Assembly (NCBI GenBank): GCA_964016885.1
Contig: OZ024743.1
Span: forward strand, 177,630,001 to 177,694,000
From: Eledone cirrhosa
Taxonomy: Eukaryota
DNA length: 64,000 bases
Reading direction: 5' to 3'
Shown: in pieces, positions 1 to 16,481 of the stretch
How positions within the stretch are numbered: the first letter of the stretch is position 1
Layout of the letters: each line of letters starts with the position of its first letter
Program-made: the position numbers and the translations under genes
The notes under the pieces: model-generated
Database searches by the model: none
Seen by the model: the letters and a program-made list of their open reading frames with translations, nothing else
Told to the model about the DNA's origin: nothing

Positions 1-432
<432 letters not shown>

Positions 433-471
433 GTATATGTGTATATATATATACATGTACATGTATACGTG

Positions 472-500
<29 letters not shown>

Positions 501-504
<4 letters not shown>

Positions 505-694
505 GAACCAGTAAGACCCCGACAGCTGAGCTCAAGCCGTTTCGACGGCTAATTCTGAGTCCAGAATTAGCCGTCGAAACGGCTTGAGCTCAGCTGTCGG
601 GGTCTTACTGGTTCCTATTACCCACTCTACTACCTCAAGTATTGAGTACTTTGGTGCGTTATGGTCCACCTGGTTCCTTACCACATTTCCTTCG

Positions 695-697
<3 letters not shown>
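501..697 (+). mobile_element. Repeat family B, palindromic element between (TA)n tracts
   Basis: 501-618 is a perfect hairpin with a 4-nt loop at 558-561, followed by a tail. Copies at 9722-9901, 14313-14508 and 56700-56897. Confidence 0.8.
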
Positions 698-747
<50 letters not shown>

Positions 748-782
748 CGTATATATATACATGTATATGTATATATATGTAT

Positions 783-857
<75 letters not shown>

Positions 858-892
858 CGTATATATATACATGTATATGTATATATATGTAT

Positions 893-969
<77 letters not shown>

Positions 970-1127
970 TAGTTTTATAAGTATAGTATTTATAAGTATA
1001 GTTCCCATTTATTTAATATCAATTGAATACTTACTCCAGAAAGTTGTCGAGTGCTTTGAATCAGTTGTAAACATCTATATTTGTTGGATTTACAACAAAT
1101 TAAATATATATATATATATATTTATAT

Positions 1128-1973
<846 letters not shown>

Positions 1974-1979
1974 AAAGTC

Positions 1980-3403
<1,424 letters not shown>

Positions 3404-4560
3404 GTTGTAGTTTGCTTGAAGCATTGTGGAATATGAGATACAAATGCAAATAGGAAATAACTTTGGTTAGATATAAGTGCCAAGGTATTAAGAACTTGAG
3501 AAAATAGATAGAGAAAAGAAATAAACAAAAGAACTGAGATAAATAAGTGGGGGCGATAGAAAGTTTCCTTAGCTATTTTACTAATCCAAAATATTGTCGG
3601 AGTTACCATCCATTAACAAGGGGAGTCTGTGGTGGATGCCTCAAAGATGAACGTAAGAAATATCGTAGGTGGTTGTTCGATTTAATTTGAATGAATGAAA
3701 ACATTTTAAATTTTAATGTTGTTTGCACATGTGTGTAAGGAAAAACATGTGTGAGTATGTGTATGATATATGTGTGCAAGTATGTGTAATGGGGAACCAA
3801 TTTTATGGTAAGGGAGTAAAAGGTGTGCGTGTGCAGTTGGTTTGCAACATTTTTGTCTGCTAGATGACCAGTCAAACTCAGTAAGAAATGTTCATGCTGC
3901 GAGCATTAGTCGCGTAAAAGCTAGATATTCAATCAAACCCAGCAAGGAATTTTCATGCTGCTAGCATTAGTCATGTCGACCTATGCTAGGAATCGAACGA
4001 TCATTAGACCGGGAGGCTGGGATGATGAAACGATGTATATTTAGGTTGGACAAGTTAGATTAACCACTATGGTGCATTCCTTAAGAGATTAGCATAATCC
4101 AGTATTATTTTTGATGAGTTGAATTCAGTTCATTCTACTATTAGAGTGGACAGCATGCAGGAATCCATGTTAAAGGTGTAGTCTAAGGAGTTAAGGCACT
4201 TGTAGTTGAAGACACTGAGAGGCGCAGAGTGTGAATAATTGATAGAAAATGAACATTTTTTTCATTTTGTGTTACATATATATATATATAGCTAATACAA
4301 ACATATATACATATGCATATACCACACACACATATATATATAACTATTTTTTTGTTTATCTATTTGCGTTCCAGCCGAGGGGCTGAGGCCTTGCTGGGGT
4401 ATTTATGTATATATATATATATATATATACATATTTATGTGTGTGTGTGCCTATGTGTGTGTGAGTCACATGTTCAATAGGGGGTAACTACAGTAAGGTA
4501 ATCAATACATGGAACGAATGAAACAGTTCTACTCCTGTAGAACCCATTTCTACATTATAT

Positions 4561-4878
4561 GTATATTAATAAGAACGATGAAGTTTCGCTTACATGTGTT
4601 TATATTTTTAATGTGCATCAACCTATTACGCGCGTTTCGCAGAGTATTGATTTGGGGTCTCCTATAGGAGTTATGGACCTGATTCCGTTATCGATCTGCT
4701 CTTCAGACTGGTGATGCGGCGAAAAATATAGAGTATTTTTGTAGCATTGCCAGTCTAAAGAGAACATCGATAAGAGTGTTGGTTCTATGCATGTCCCGAA
4801 ACGTGCTGAACAGGTCGATACACTATAAACATCTAAATATATGTAAACAAAACTTCATCGTTCTTATTAATATATACA
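4561..4878. mobile_element. Diverged inverted pair of HHR-bearing pLTR-like arms
   Basis: gtatattaataagaacgatgaagtt (4561) versus aacttcatcgttcttattaatatatac (4851). HHR in the left arm, decayed core (ctaaaga..cgaaacgtgc) in the right arm. Confidence 0.7.
4615..4717 (-). ncRNA. Type I hammerhead with a long stem II loop
   Basis: gcatcaccagt-CTGAAGA-GCAGA..TCTGC-GAAA-C GCGC G-TA^ataggttgatgc. Confidence 0.75.
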
Positions 4879-5070
4879 CTCTATCTGTGTATGGAGTGCT
4901 CGTTAAGGTACGACCACCAGTACTTCACTGACTCACCTACATAACTTATATATATATTTATGTTATAAAAGTTAGTCGATTAATTTGCTATAGTTAATGT
5001 CTGAGAAACAACGAACAAATATAATTAGTTGCCATATATTTTAAGTAATATATATATAAATTTATATACG

Positions 5071-5594
<524 letters not shown>

Positions 5595-5596
<2 letters not shown>

Positions 5597-6532
5597 CGGT
5601 CAATCCTTGGCCTGGCGCTTGAACTAAACGGACAGTACTTCATTTAGGAGTCGTAGAAACCCAAATGCTGGATGTTTACCAACCATCCAGGGTTCCGGGT
5701 AAATTTTTCAATCATATTTTTTTTATTTGTTTGACCCGAATTACTTGTTCGTTTCTATGGCTGTGCGGATAATGGTTTAACCATCGTCTCAATGTGTTTG
5801 GCCTTTTAACGTATGTTGTAGATCTGGTTCGTTAGAATTATTGAGCGCTTGCCACACATCTCGGAAGTTGTTTTTCGCTAATTTCCAAAGCCGAAATACG
5901 ATTTTCGCTAATTTATATTTGTATTAATCTCCAGAGTCTAGCTATTGACCAGTTACTTTTCCTGATTTTTTTAGTTGATTCTATTGACTGATGAATAGCT
6001 TTTGTTAACTTTAAAAGTATTCTGTAGAGAACTTAATTCGTTTTGTGATATTTTACAATTTTGCAATAATATACACATACTGAATTCATCCGCCAAAAAT
6101 AAGGGTTGCCTCCCTTGTCGAGCCCCACGTGGGTATTGGTAACGGTCAATCTTTGGCCCGGCACTTGAACTAAAAGCCTGTTGAGAAAGTGACTTCCTTG
6201 TTCAATCATCTTACCAGAAGCCTAACATTATTTGTCTAAGCGGACAGTACTTTATTTAGGAGTCGCAGAAACCCAAATGCTGGATTTTTACCAACCATCC
6301 AGGGGTCCCGGTAAGTTTTTCAATCATATTTTTTTTATTTGTTTGACCCGAATTACTTGGTCATTTCTATGGCTGTGCGGATAATGGTTTAACCATCGTC
6401 TCAGTGTGTTTGGCCTTTTAATGGCATGTTGTAGCACTTGTTCGTTAGAATTATTGAGCGCTTGCCACACATCTCGGAAGTTGTATTTCGCTAATTTCCA
6501 AAGCCGAAATGCGATTCTCGCTAATTTATATT

Positions 6533-6535
<3 letters not shown>
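5595..6535. repeat. Direct duplication (5595-5925 and 6140-6535)
   Basis: About 330 bp shared at high identity. The first copy lacks a block of about 65 bp. Confidence 0.8.
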
Positions 6536-6589
<54 letters not shown>

Positions 6590-6592
<3 letters not shown>

Positions 6593-6913
6593 AAACTTGG
6601 TCTTCCTTTTCCAGTGTGTCCATGTAGGGGCTCCCACAGGAGCACTGAGTTTTTCATCCTCAGTGTATACTGATTAATGTTCAGAGCCATCCTCAGCATT
6701 CTCGTGTAGCACCCATCCACCATCTGAGTGAGTTTCACGGTCAGTGTCCATGTCTCCAACCTGTACAGCAGCACATACTCCACTACAGCAATAAAGTATC
6801 TTGATACCCTAAGAACAGACACTGGTCAGTTGGAGACGCAGGACATGGCAGCGATAATGAGGGACAGAGACCGCTGGAAAGAACTTGTCCATGGATCTCG
6901 GGAATTTTACCCG

Positions 6914-6917
<4 letters not shown>
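6590..6917 (+). mobile_element. Short RTE-like LINE 3' end with 5' inversion, same family as 47427-48811
   Basis: 6590-6795 is the reverse complement of about 48385-48686 with an internal deletion. 6800-6917 matches 48693-48808. (TA)n on both sides. Confidence 0.85.
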
Positions 6918-6962
<45 letters not shown>

Positions 6963-6977
6963 TATATACATACATGC

Positions 6978-7058
<81 letters not shown>

Positions 7059-7080
7059 AGAGAAAGAGAGAGAGAGAATT

Positions 7081-7875
7081 AGAATTTAGAAAGCGTAGCT
7101 ATGCAAACACACCGTCAGCCATCGACACCTGGTAGTGCCCAGCAGAAGAAAGGGGGGTGGCGGGTGTCGTCAATGCATTTCGAACTGAACTGGTCAAATC
7201 AGGACGATCCCCCCCGCACTTGCAACTGCTGGATTTGAAAAGAAGCGAGAATATATAGTTTTCTCGTCTGTGTAAATGAGGTGATTAATCTCATTTCCAT
7301 ATGAAGCTCTATACGTTGGCTCAATCTATAATAACATTTAGCTTCGAGCATAGCTGTATAAAGATATGAATTGGAATTTCGTATTTCTAAAAAAAAGGTA
7401 TGTTTATAAATAACTATTTAGAAAGCTGTAGCGATTGTCCCTGTTTCTTCTGCTGGACACCGCCAGGAGGCGGTAGCAGCTGGTGATTTTGCATAGCGAC
7501 GGATTTCTAAATGCTTATTTTAAAAATTACATATTTCTTCAGAAATACGAAATTCCAGCATATATCTGTATACACATATGCTCGAAGCTAAATTCTAATT
7601 CTATTCTATTATAAGTTGAGCAAACTTATACAGTTTATATGCAAATGAGATTAATCAGACGGGATTACACAGACGAGAAAACTACACAGTTGCAAAGTGG
7701 GAGGGATCGTCCTGATGGCACCAGTTCAGTTCGAAATGCATTGAGGATTGTCCACCTTGCTTCTGCTCAACACAACGAGGTGGCGATAGCTGCCGCTGTT
7801 TTTGATAGCTATGGCTTTCTAAATGTTTATTTATAAACATACCGTATTTCTTTAGAAATACGAAATTCCAATACA
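7081..7875. mobile_element. Inverted pair of about 312-bp partial-tandem units with degenerate HHRs (7167-7208 minus, 7705-7749 plus)
   Basis: Unit recurs at 7084/7397 and 7505/7816. tcgtc-CTGATNN..GTTC-GAAA-TGCA-TT^gacga. Confidence 0.65.
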
Positions 7876-7889
7876 TATATATATTTTTT

Positions 7890-8010
7890 TTATTTACTTA
7901 CATGATAAACAACACAATGGAATTATTCCATTACCTTTGGTAATGGAATAATTATATTGTGTTGTTCATTATGTAATTAAATAACTCTGTACTATACATA
8001 GAGCACCCTT
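7890..8010 (+). mobile_element. Hairpin pLTR fragment related to the PLE at 32281
   Basis: The right arm ggtaatggaataatt..actctgt..catagagcac aligns with 32302-32370. Palindrome centre at 7936-7938. Confidence 0.65.
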
Positions 8011-8329
8011 CTTTCCTTTACATTGTCTATGGAAATACTTACACACACGCACACACACACACATACGTATATATATATATATATATATATATATAGCGAT
8101 AACTTCTACAGGACTAGAACTGCTTCATTCGTAAGAAATCACGAGAATGACTTTTCTGATATTTTCCTACGATCCAAACAGTTGTAGTCTCCTGTAGAAA
8201 ACATTTATACAAAAATATATATACCAAAATCTACGAACGTATTGAATACCTTTTTTAACGGTGGTCACATCGCGAAATAAATCTGGAATCCACATATGAT
8301 GTCAGGACAAAAAGCAACCAGTTCACACT

Positions 8330-8480
8330 GTAACTATGGATGGCATTAGGAAGGGCATCTAGCCGTAGACACCAAGCCAAAATCGGTCGATTGTGAGCTA
8401 GAGATGGTCATCCGCTCTGGCTTGGCTCACATCTGGACAACTCATCTAACCCATGCTAGCACGTAAAATTGACGTTAAAC
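8330..8480 (+). mobile_element. Cephalopod SINE-like 3' part
   Basis: ggcattaggaagggcatc..aacccatgctagca..gacgttaaa. A related copy with an (ATG)n tail lies on minus at 17555-17990. Family recognised from memory. Confidence 0.55.
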
Positions 8481-8584
8481 CCAATGTTTCATCGGTCCGA
8501 TTTGACGTGCTACACCCTACTCGCTAAGCGAATGAGGGATAGGATTTGTCGATTGACTATCGATTTCCAAACTGGTTAACTTTC

Positions 8585-8658
<74 letters not shown>

Positions 8659-8835
8659 ACAGGGAGAAAGAGACGATTATATTATTTTTTCCTTTTTTGT
8701 TTCTCTCGCTTTTTTCTGGGTTAGAAAATGATTAAAACGAAATGTTTTACTTTGTGTGAAGTGTTAAGGTATTATTTGATTTATTTATTATTTAACAATG
8801 CCATTTATTTATTTATTTATATATTTAATAATTGT

Positions 8836-9305
8836 CTATTACCGGTTTCAGCATTTTATGCATTATCAAATGATAGTGAAATGTATTAATGTGGTGTCGC
8901 ACATGTTAAACAGAAGGTGCAGAAAGAATAATGTTATTTACAAAGAAGGTTTATGAAGTGAAAAGACAAAAGAAAAAGGAGAAAAAAGGGTGCATAATGT
9001 AGAGCATAAAAAGTCAATGTGGAAGAAAAATAATGTTATTTACAAGCATAGTTATTGAAGTTAAGCAGATCAAAATGTGTTAATATAGCAAGAGTGCTTA
9101 GTTGATCCATGATTCCATGATGGAGGCAAATCGTGGACTGGGGTTTGATATGATTTCCCTTTTTAGAGAGTTAATATGCAGGGGAAGCAATTCTAGCTGG
9201 ATGATATTTAATTTATATAAGAAAAAGGATTAGGTAGGGTGTGAGGAATTAAGTAGAGGTTGGAATTTATTAATGAAATATGTTTCCTTATTGGTACGTT
9301 GGATG
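8836..9305 (-). mobile_element. PLE 3' relic: GIY-YIG C-terminus, UTR and U3-A8 HHR at 8836-8876
   Basis: Minus 9303-9243 translates IQRTNKETYFINKFQPLLNSS. Downstream TTGATAA-TGCAT aaa ATGCT-GAAA-CCGG-TA. Confidence 0.6.
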
Positions 9306-9329
9306 AAAGTATATATATATATATTAAAA

Positions 9330-9382
<53 letters not shown>

Positions 9383-9387
9383 ATATA

Positions 9388-9690
9388 GTTTTAATATAGA
9401 TGAGATTCTACAGGACTAGAACTGTTTGATTCTTTAGAAATCATCAGGAATCCTGATGATTTCTAAAGAATGAAACAGTTCTAGTCCTGTAGAATCTCAT
9501 CTATATTAAAACTTTTATACTCTGCTATGTATTGAGTACCTTACTTACTGTGGTTACCTCCGATTCAACCCGGAATAACTTACTATATATATATATATAA
9601 GTTTATCTCGGGTTCAATCGGGAGTAGTCACAGTTAATAAGGTACTCAATAGAAAGCAGATTGTAAATATTTAATATAGAAAGGCTTCTA
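9388..9690. mobile_element. Family C palindromic element with HHR-like core
   Basis: 9388-9513 is a palindrome centred at caggaatcctg, containing CTGATGA-tttc taaa gaat-GAAAcagttcta. Relatives at 4475-4550, 8100-8200 and 56494-56650. Confidence 0.7.
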
Positions 9691-10171
9691 TATATATATA
9701 TCTATATATATATATATATATAACAAAGAAGGTGTGGTTAGAAACGAGGTGGATCATAACGCACCAGAGTACTTGATACTTAGAGTAGTAGAGTGGGTAA
9801 TAGGAAAAGAGTCAGGACCCCGACGGCTGAGCTTCGGTCGTTTCGACAATCGAAACTCGACAATCGGAGCTCAGCCGTCGGGGTCCTGACTCTTTTCCTA
9901 TAGACACACATATATATATATATATATATTAGTAAATAATGACACGTGAAAAAGTAATATTTAGCGATATTTGTAGCAATCACTTACCGTAACAAGTTAT
10001 AATGACAATGACGACAGAAGCCAGACTTCCACATATCAGGATTAATAGTTTATTTCTATCATCTTTCTCCACCGCTTGTAAAACTGCATCAGAAATAGAC
10101 AATGTTTACATAAAATCATTGAAAATCTAAATATAATACACGCATAAAGGATTAATATAATGCACATAACG

Positions 10172-10312
<141 letters not shown>

Positions 10313-10313
10313 C

Positions 10314-10343
<30 letters not shown>

Positions 10344-10347
<4 letters not shown>

Positions 10348-10756
10348 TGTATGCATAGTATATTTGGCAATATACCGTATGTTTAATTAAAAACATTTTG
10401 AAAACCTCACGCCATCATTTTTAAGTAGTGACTATGTCACTTACTTCTTTTCGGAGAAAGAAGGCAGGGAAGCTAACAGTCTGTTTCATGCTGTTTGGAA
10501 ATCATCAGAGCTACATACTGCCCTCTTCCGCTGGATTCTTATAGAATTCTAGTAATAATCAGCAGCTGATTATACAGAGCGATTGCCGGTCCAACAAAAA
10601 TTAAGTATTAGGATTGGTGCTCTGAAATAGCGATGTATACATGAATGTATGCATAGTGTATTTGGCAATATACCGTATGTTTAATTAAAACATTTTGAAG
10701 TCCTACGCTATCATTTTAAATTAGTGACTATGTATCTTACTTCTTTTCGGCGAAAT
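10344..10756 (-). mobile_element. Retrozyme/pLTR-like partial tandem (about 297-bp unit) with HHR at 10461-10524
   Basis: About 115-bp direct repeats at 10344-10459 and 10641-10755. Minus: agggcag tatgt agct-CTGATGA..GAAA-CAG A CTG-TT^agct tcc ctgcctt. Confidence 0.65.
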
Positions 10757-11443
10757 ATATACATATATATATATATATGTATATATATAGAGAGAGAAGG
10801 CGAGTGAGAGAGAGAAAGAGAGAGAAGTTTACAAAATTATTATTTAAAACATCACATCACAGAAGAGTAGAAATAACATGTATTGCATAAAACTGACGTG
10901 TTATATACTGTATACTCCGTATATTGTTACACTCGGAACTTATATTGCAACTACTGCAGGATTTACTAAATGAAATAATTCAACCGTTGCGTAAAATACT
11001 ACTGTAAGTGGCTTAAGATTCTTGTTACACAGTCAAATTAATTGATTACACTAACGGAAACTGAATAACATTATAATTCTCTGTAGAGAAATACATATAT
11101 TTGTGTTGTTTTAAAATAATGCTGCAGTTTATTTAGATTTTAAATCAAGTTTTGGTGCTTGAAGCCTCCGCCTGGTAATTGGAATACCATTATTTTAATA
11201 GTAACATTATTGTGTCTCTTGTCGAGCCCATTCATAATCCTTCTCAAATATGAATGACATGTATCTATGATCATTTTATAGAAGCCGATTTACATATAGG
11301 TTAGTTTATGGTTTGACTAATATAATTAAATTTCTTACTAAGTAGCATCTTGATGGCGACGTAATGAAACGTTTGTAAATGACATTTGAGGATATTGTAA
11401 GAATATGTGGATCAGAAAAATCTTCTTATCATTATTCTTCACC

Positions 11444-11702
11444 CACGGCGGGATTTGAACTCAGAATAGAAAGGGCCGTAACTCTATGCTCCAAAGCATG
11501 GCGTCCGACTCTCTATGGATTGGCACTATCGGTAGAGGGTTGGTCGCCATGCTTTGACGCATAGAGTTATGGCCCTTTCCATTCTGAGTTCAAATCCCGC
11601 TGATGTTAACTTTGCCTTTCATCCTTACGGGGTCGATAAAATAAAGTACCAGTAATGCACGGGGTGATTGCTGGCCTTGTGCCAAAAAGTAGAAACAACT
11701 AT
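11444..11702 (+). mobile_element. tRNA-derived octopus-type SINE with an inverted partial 5' copy
   Basis: B-box gagttcaaatcc and ctttgcctttcatcc..gataaaataaagtaccag. 11444-11515 is the inverted head. Confidence 0.75.
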
Positions 11703-12190
11703 TCTTCGCCCACTTATTCCTGAGAGGGTCGTTTGGGTAGAGTCCTCAAACACTCCTTTCAGTGGGTCCTGTCAGAAGCAACCCTTTACAACTGATCCTC
11801 CTGGATCCCCAAACCTGACCAGCCAAGCTTATAGATGCTATCCAACCATGGTACTCGGGGTCTACCCCTCACCCTCCTGTCGGTTGGTCTTGCCAGTAAA
11901 ATCTGTCCAGCGATTTTTTCCTGAGATATTTTAACCACATGCCCATAGTATCGGAGCTGTGATCTCTCAATTCAGAGAAGTAGCGGCTCTACCTGGAGTG
12001 ACTCGCTGATCTCCAAGCTACACTCTCTATCGAGTAACGTTACTCCAAAGACCCTTCGGAGGAACCCCATTTCGGTCACTTGCATTCGCGATCGTATTCT
12101 TTCGGTCATCAACCAAAATTCTTGACCATAGGTAAGGGTTGGCACGAATACCGAATTGAAGTTAGTGAGTTTGGCTTTTATTCCTAACTC
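11703..12190 (-). mobile_element. RTE-clade LINE 3' fragment
   Basis: VFVPTLTYGQEFW..EMGFLRRVFGVTLLDR..VEPLLL. A related plus-strand piece lies at 13482-13731. Confidence 0.75.
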
Positions 12191-13481
12191 CATGCATCAG
12201 AAGAGGAAAGGGTGCCTATCAGAAGAATGAAAAAACATATTTATTGAATAAGTTCAGAGGGGAAGGGTTAAACACTTTCAAAGAAACCATGTATTATACG
12301 TCGAAAATATAAAGAAAATGTTAAATTATACATTCCATCATTTTATAGTAAGTGCATTTTAGGTGGAATCATGCTATGCTTTATAATACGATATGGCTTT
12401 ATAAGGTTCTGGAGATTTTGGCTTTGGAAGCAGACAAATTAATAAATAAATAATAAATAAAACAAAATCTAAGGTAAAATAATAAAAAATAAAGAATTTA
12501 AATGGTACTAACTTAGAGTAATTGCAGTGGAGAAATCCATCCTTCAGCATTTTATTAACGGAGTTTAATCATGCAGACTCACTGGGTAATTTGAATTTTA
12601 TACGCTTTGCAAATTCGATATGATTTATCAAGGCTATTTATTGTCGTCGATTACTGTACAAAGTTAATGATAATTTTGTACCGAATAGGGCGTCATTTGT
12701 CTTTCTAAATTGTATTTCGGAAACTAAAATGTTAAGTTAATGTCAAAGTAAATACACTAACATTAATCTGTGCCAATTAATCGCTGAAAGCTCCTTAGAA
12801 GTTTGGTTTAAATTCCATCGGTATTATATCAGTTTTACTTCTTTCTTCATCGATAAAAATATACATTTAAAACTTTATAATATCTAGATTTACTGCGCAA
12901 GCTGTAATTTCACGCCATATCAGTGCCAGTATGCTGACATGTTCAATTTCTGACATCAGCAGACAAAAGGATAACATATATAGAACATTAACGGTATTCC
13001 CCTAGTAAACGTGGAAATAGGCAATTAAAAATGTTCTCCTTCGTTATTAATTGAATTGTAATAATACACTAATAAGACTGCACTAATAAGACGAAGAGGG
13101 AAAACTGTGTATGTATCGGCCGCTCTCTGATAGGTTTGTGGATTAGCCTGTAACAGTGGAGACCTCCAGCGTTCTTGATCCCCGAACAACATCTTGCTCC
13201 CTGTTATCGGAGCGGAGTTCGCTGCCCGCATGTGCGAGCCCCACGAGCTGGAGTGGTTGTTCCAGCATCTGTAAATCACCGTCCTTCAGGGCATAGTCTT
13301 CTCCATGCTGTCGGCCGGGACGATGTGACAGAATGTCCCTTAAGTTATGCTGTTTCTTTTAAGTTTAAACTATTACATTTAGTCTTGTAATCATTTATTG
13401 TTGTGTTTACAACATAAATGCAATAATATAATTGTAGCTGTTAGGTAGAGTGTGTAGCTCCGAGATCAGAGAATCACCGAA

Positions 13482-13836
13482 ATAGAGCCATTACTCCTCC
13501 TAATTGAGAGTTGAGAGATCACAGCTCCGATAGTATTGACATGTAGTTATAATTGCTGGTTAGATTTTAAGGGCAAAATCAACCGACAGGAGACCCTGGG
13601 GTAGACCCCGAGGAAGATGGTTGAATAACACCTATTTGCTCGGCTGGTCTCGTTTCGGGATCCAGCCGAGACAGTTTGAGTTTGTTGCTTCTGACAGGAT
13701 TCGCTAGAAGGAGTGTTTAAGGACTCTTCTCAAGAAGAAGAAGAAGAAGAAGACGAAGAAGAAGAAGAAGAAGAAGAAGAAGAAGAAGAAGAAGAAGAAG
13801 AAGAAGAAGAAGAAGAAGAAGAAGAAGAAGAAGAAG
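13482..13836 (+). mobile_element. RTE 3' end followed by a (GAA)n tract (13732-13836)
   Basis: Homologous to the reverse complement of 11740-11990. Confidence 0.65.
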
Positions 13837-14279
13837 ATTATTACTTACATGGACAATCATTAACTAACCATACCAATCTATGATTGATACGTCAACATTG
13901 ATACATCTATAAATATATTTTATTTCGATATCGATGAAATGAAAGATATTTCTAGTCATGGTTAAAATGTTAATTCAAAACATTACCAACTGAAAAGTTC
14001 ATGTATGTGTGTATGTATGTGTGTGAGTATGCGTGTGAGTATGTGTGTGTGTATGTGTGTGTGTGTATGCATGTATGAGGGAGGTGGACGATTTCTTAAT
14101 TTGGGTCAAATTTGGACAATTTAGTTTAGCTCTTTACACTCTAAAATGGTCAGAAAACCTCGATATACGATAAAGATAACACGTACATAAACTGAAGCGC
14201 CTTTCAAAATAAATGTGCAGTTTTGGGAGAACATATAATTATTGGAGGGGGCAAGCCTCCCACTCCAAATCCACCGCCA

Positions 14280-14312
<33 letters not shown>

Positions 14313-14318
<6 letters not shown>

Positions 14319-14504
14319 GAAGGAAATGTGGTAATGAACCAGATGGACCATAACGCACCAAAGTATTCAATACTTAGGGTAGTAGAGTGGGTAATAGCAA
14401 CAAGTAGGACCCCGATGGCTAGGCTCAAGCCGTTTCGACGGCTAATTCTGGACAGGATTAGCCGTCGAAACGGCTTGAGCCTAGCCATCGGGGTCCTACT
14501 TGTT

Positions 14505-14508
<4 letters not shown>
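14313..14508 (-). mobile_element. Family B copy
   Basis: Reverse complement of 501-697. Arm-symmetric substitutions (gatggctagg/cctagccatc). Confidence 0.8.
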
Positions 14509-14602
<94 letters not shown>

Positions 14603-14788
14603 AAAATGAGGTTTTCTTTAAAATGAAAAAAAAACATGTCCTACACGACTGAAAGTATAAGGAAAAAACATGAAATGGAAAATGCAACAGGAGTCTTTTA
14701 AAGAATATTTATTTGTTTCCTTTCCCGGTTTCACTGTTCTTATGCTTTTCAAAAGTAGAATTGAGATGGAGGGTTTGTGGTTTTTCTC

Positions 14789-14860
<72 letters not shown>

Positions 14861-16009
14861 TCATTTATCATGGCTATTGGTGAGCTTCGTTATTCTAAAG
14901 TTTCACCAACGCATTCACAGGATCACCAGTCTTGTCCGGAGTAACAAGGCTTAGCTATACTAAACATGTATATCTAAATTCTACTTCGGTAATGAGTTTT
15001 CATTCTTACGCCCGTCAATAATTCCTGTACTCTGAGGTCTTGAATAATCACCCCCGCCACTTATTAATTTGGCAGACCCCTCCCTCGGTTTTTATTCCAC
15101 CCTCACCCGCTTATCAAATTTTGCTAATCTATCTCCGGCGAAATTTTATTGTAAGGGATTCAGAGTGATGTATCGCAAAGTCAAAATCTGTAGGATTTGA
15201 ACTTAAAGCTTGGAAGGACAAGTTTAATGTGTTTAGACTTTTTTTTGCTATAAATGCATAAATGAGGAATCGTAGGTCTACTCACAAGTACATGTACGTT
15301 TATCAGGCATCAATATTTTAGGTTTGTGACACGAGCAGGTATAATTCCGATTCACGCTGTTCAATACAATACAAACATCTCCACAAGCACAATCGAAATA
15401 TTCATAAATTTCCACCACACCATTTCCACTGTGAATATCTAGAACAAGAAAAGACTTTTATTGGTTCATAACTGATGACACTCAAACATAGATGAAAAGG
15501 TATATGAATTTTTTTATCAACGGCTCAGGAACAATATTTAGAATGTAAAAAAATGCACTTAAATACCTTTCGACACAGTTTAAAACTAAACTAATTCTGG
15601 TTACAGCATAGCCCACGGGTACTAGGTTATTTTTGCAATCATTAGGTCCTGGATTAGATACCACAGTGTGGCATCGCGGTAATGAGACGTTCATCATAGC
15701 CTCAGGTCGACCCATACCTTGTATGTATAATTCGGCAGTCGGAAACTGTTTAGAAGCCTGTCGGTTGGACTATACATGTAATTCAAAAGAACCAGCCTTG
15801 TCAGACACTGTGGCATGCTGAATCTCTCTTAGAATTACTTTAAGGATACATGTGACTACGAAATACTCAGTCACTTGCAAGTTAAATTCATATGCAGGTT
15901 GTTTCATTGATATAACAATTGGAATACTCATCGTCAATCATCGTCAATAACGGTGCTGGGCCATTCTACTCCACTGCTTCTGGTTTCAAGCAAAATGAAC
16001 TATATATAT

Positions 16010-16481
16010 ATAAGTATGTTTTGAAACAGCGAGTTTGAAATTAGAAATATAAGCTTTCACCGTATTTTTGACTATATAATTTTTTAGCCTGATTGTGGGG
16101 TTTAGAACCCTCAGAGAAATGGAAAAAGTTGATGTACGTCAATACTCAACTTTTTCCATTTCTCTGAGAGTTCTAAACCCCACTATCAGTAAAAAATACG
16201 GTGAAAGCGTATATTTTTAATTTCAAACTCGCTGACTGTTTCAAAACATACTTACTTGTCACTTTACTTGCTAAGAATGTAGCTTCTAATTTGAATGGAA
16301 GGAGATGGGTGATGTGTTGGTGTAATGGTAGCACAGTGGTCTGGATAACCAAAGATGTGGGTTCATCTGCCATGTACGTCAATACTCATCTTTTTCCATT
16401 TCTCTGAGGGTTCTATACCCCACTATCAGGCTAAAGATTTCTTTAGTCAAAAATACAGTGAAAGCTTATATTTCTAATTCA
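16010..16481. repeat. Dispersed repeat family in inverted and tandem arrangement
   Basis: 16010-16135 is inverted to 16150-16255 and 16390-16480. Another copy at 63350-63475. Confidence 0.65.
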
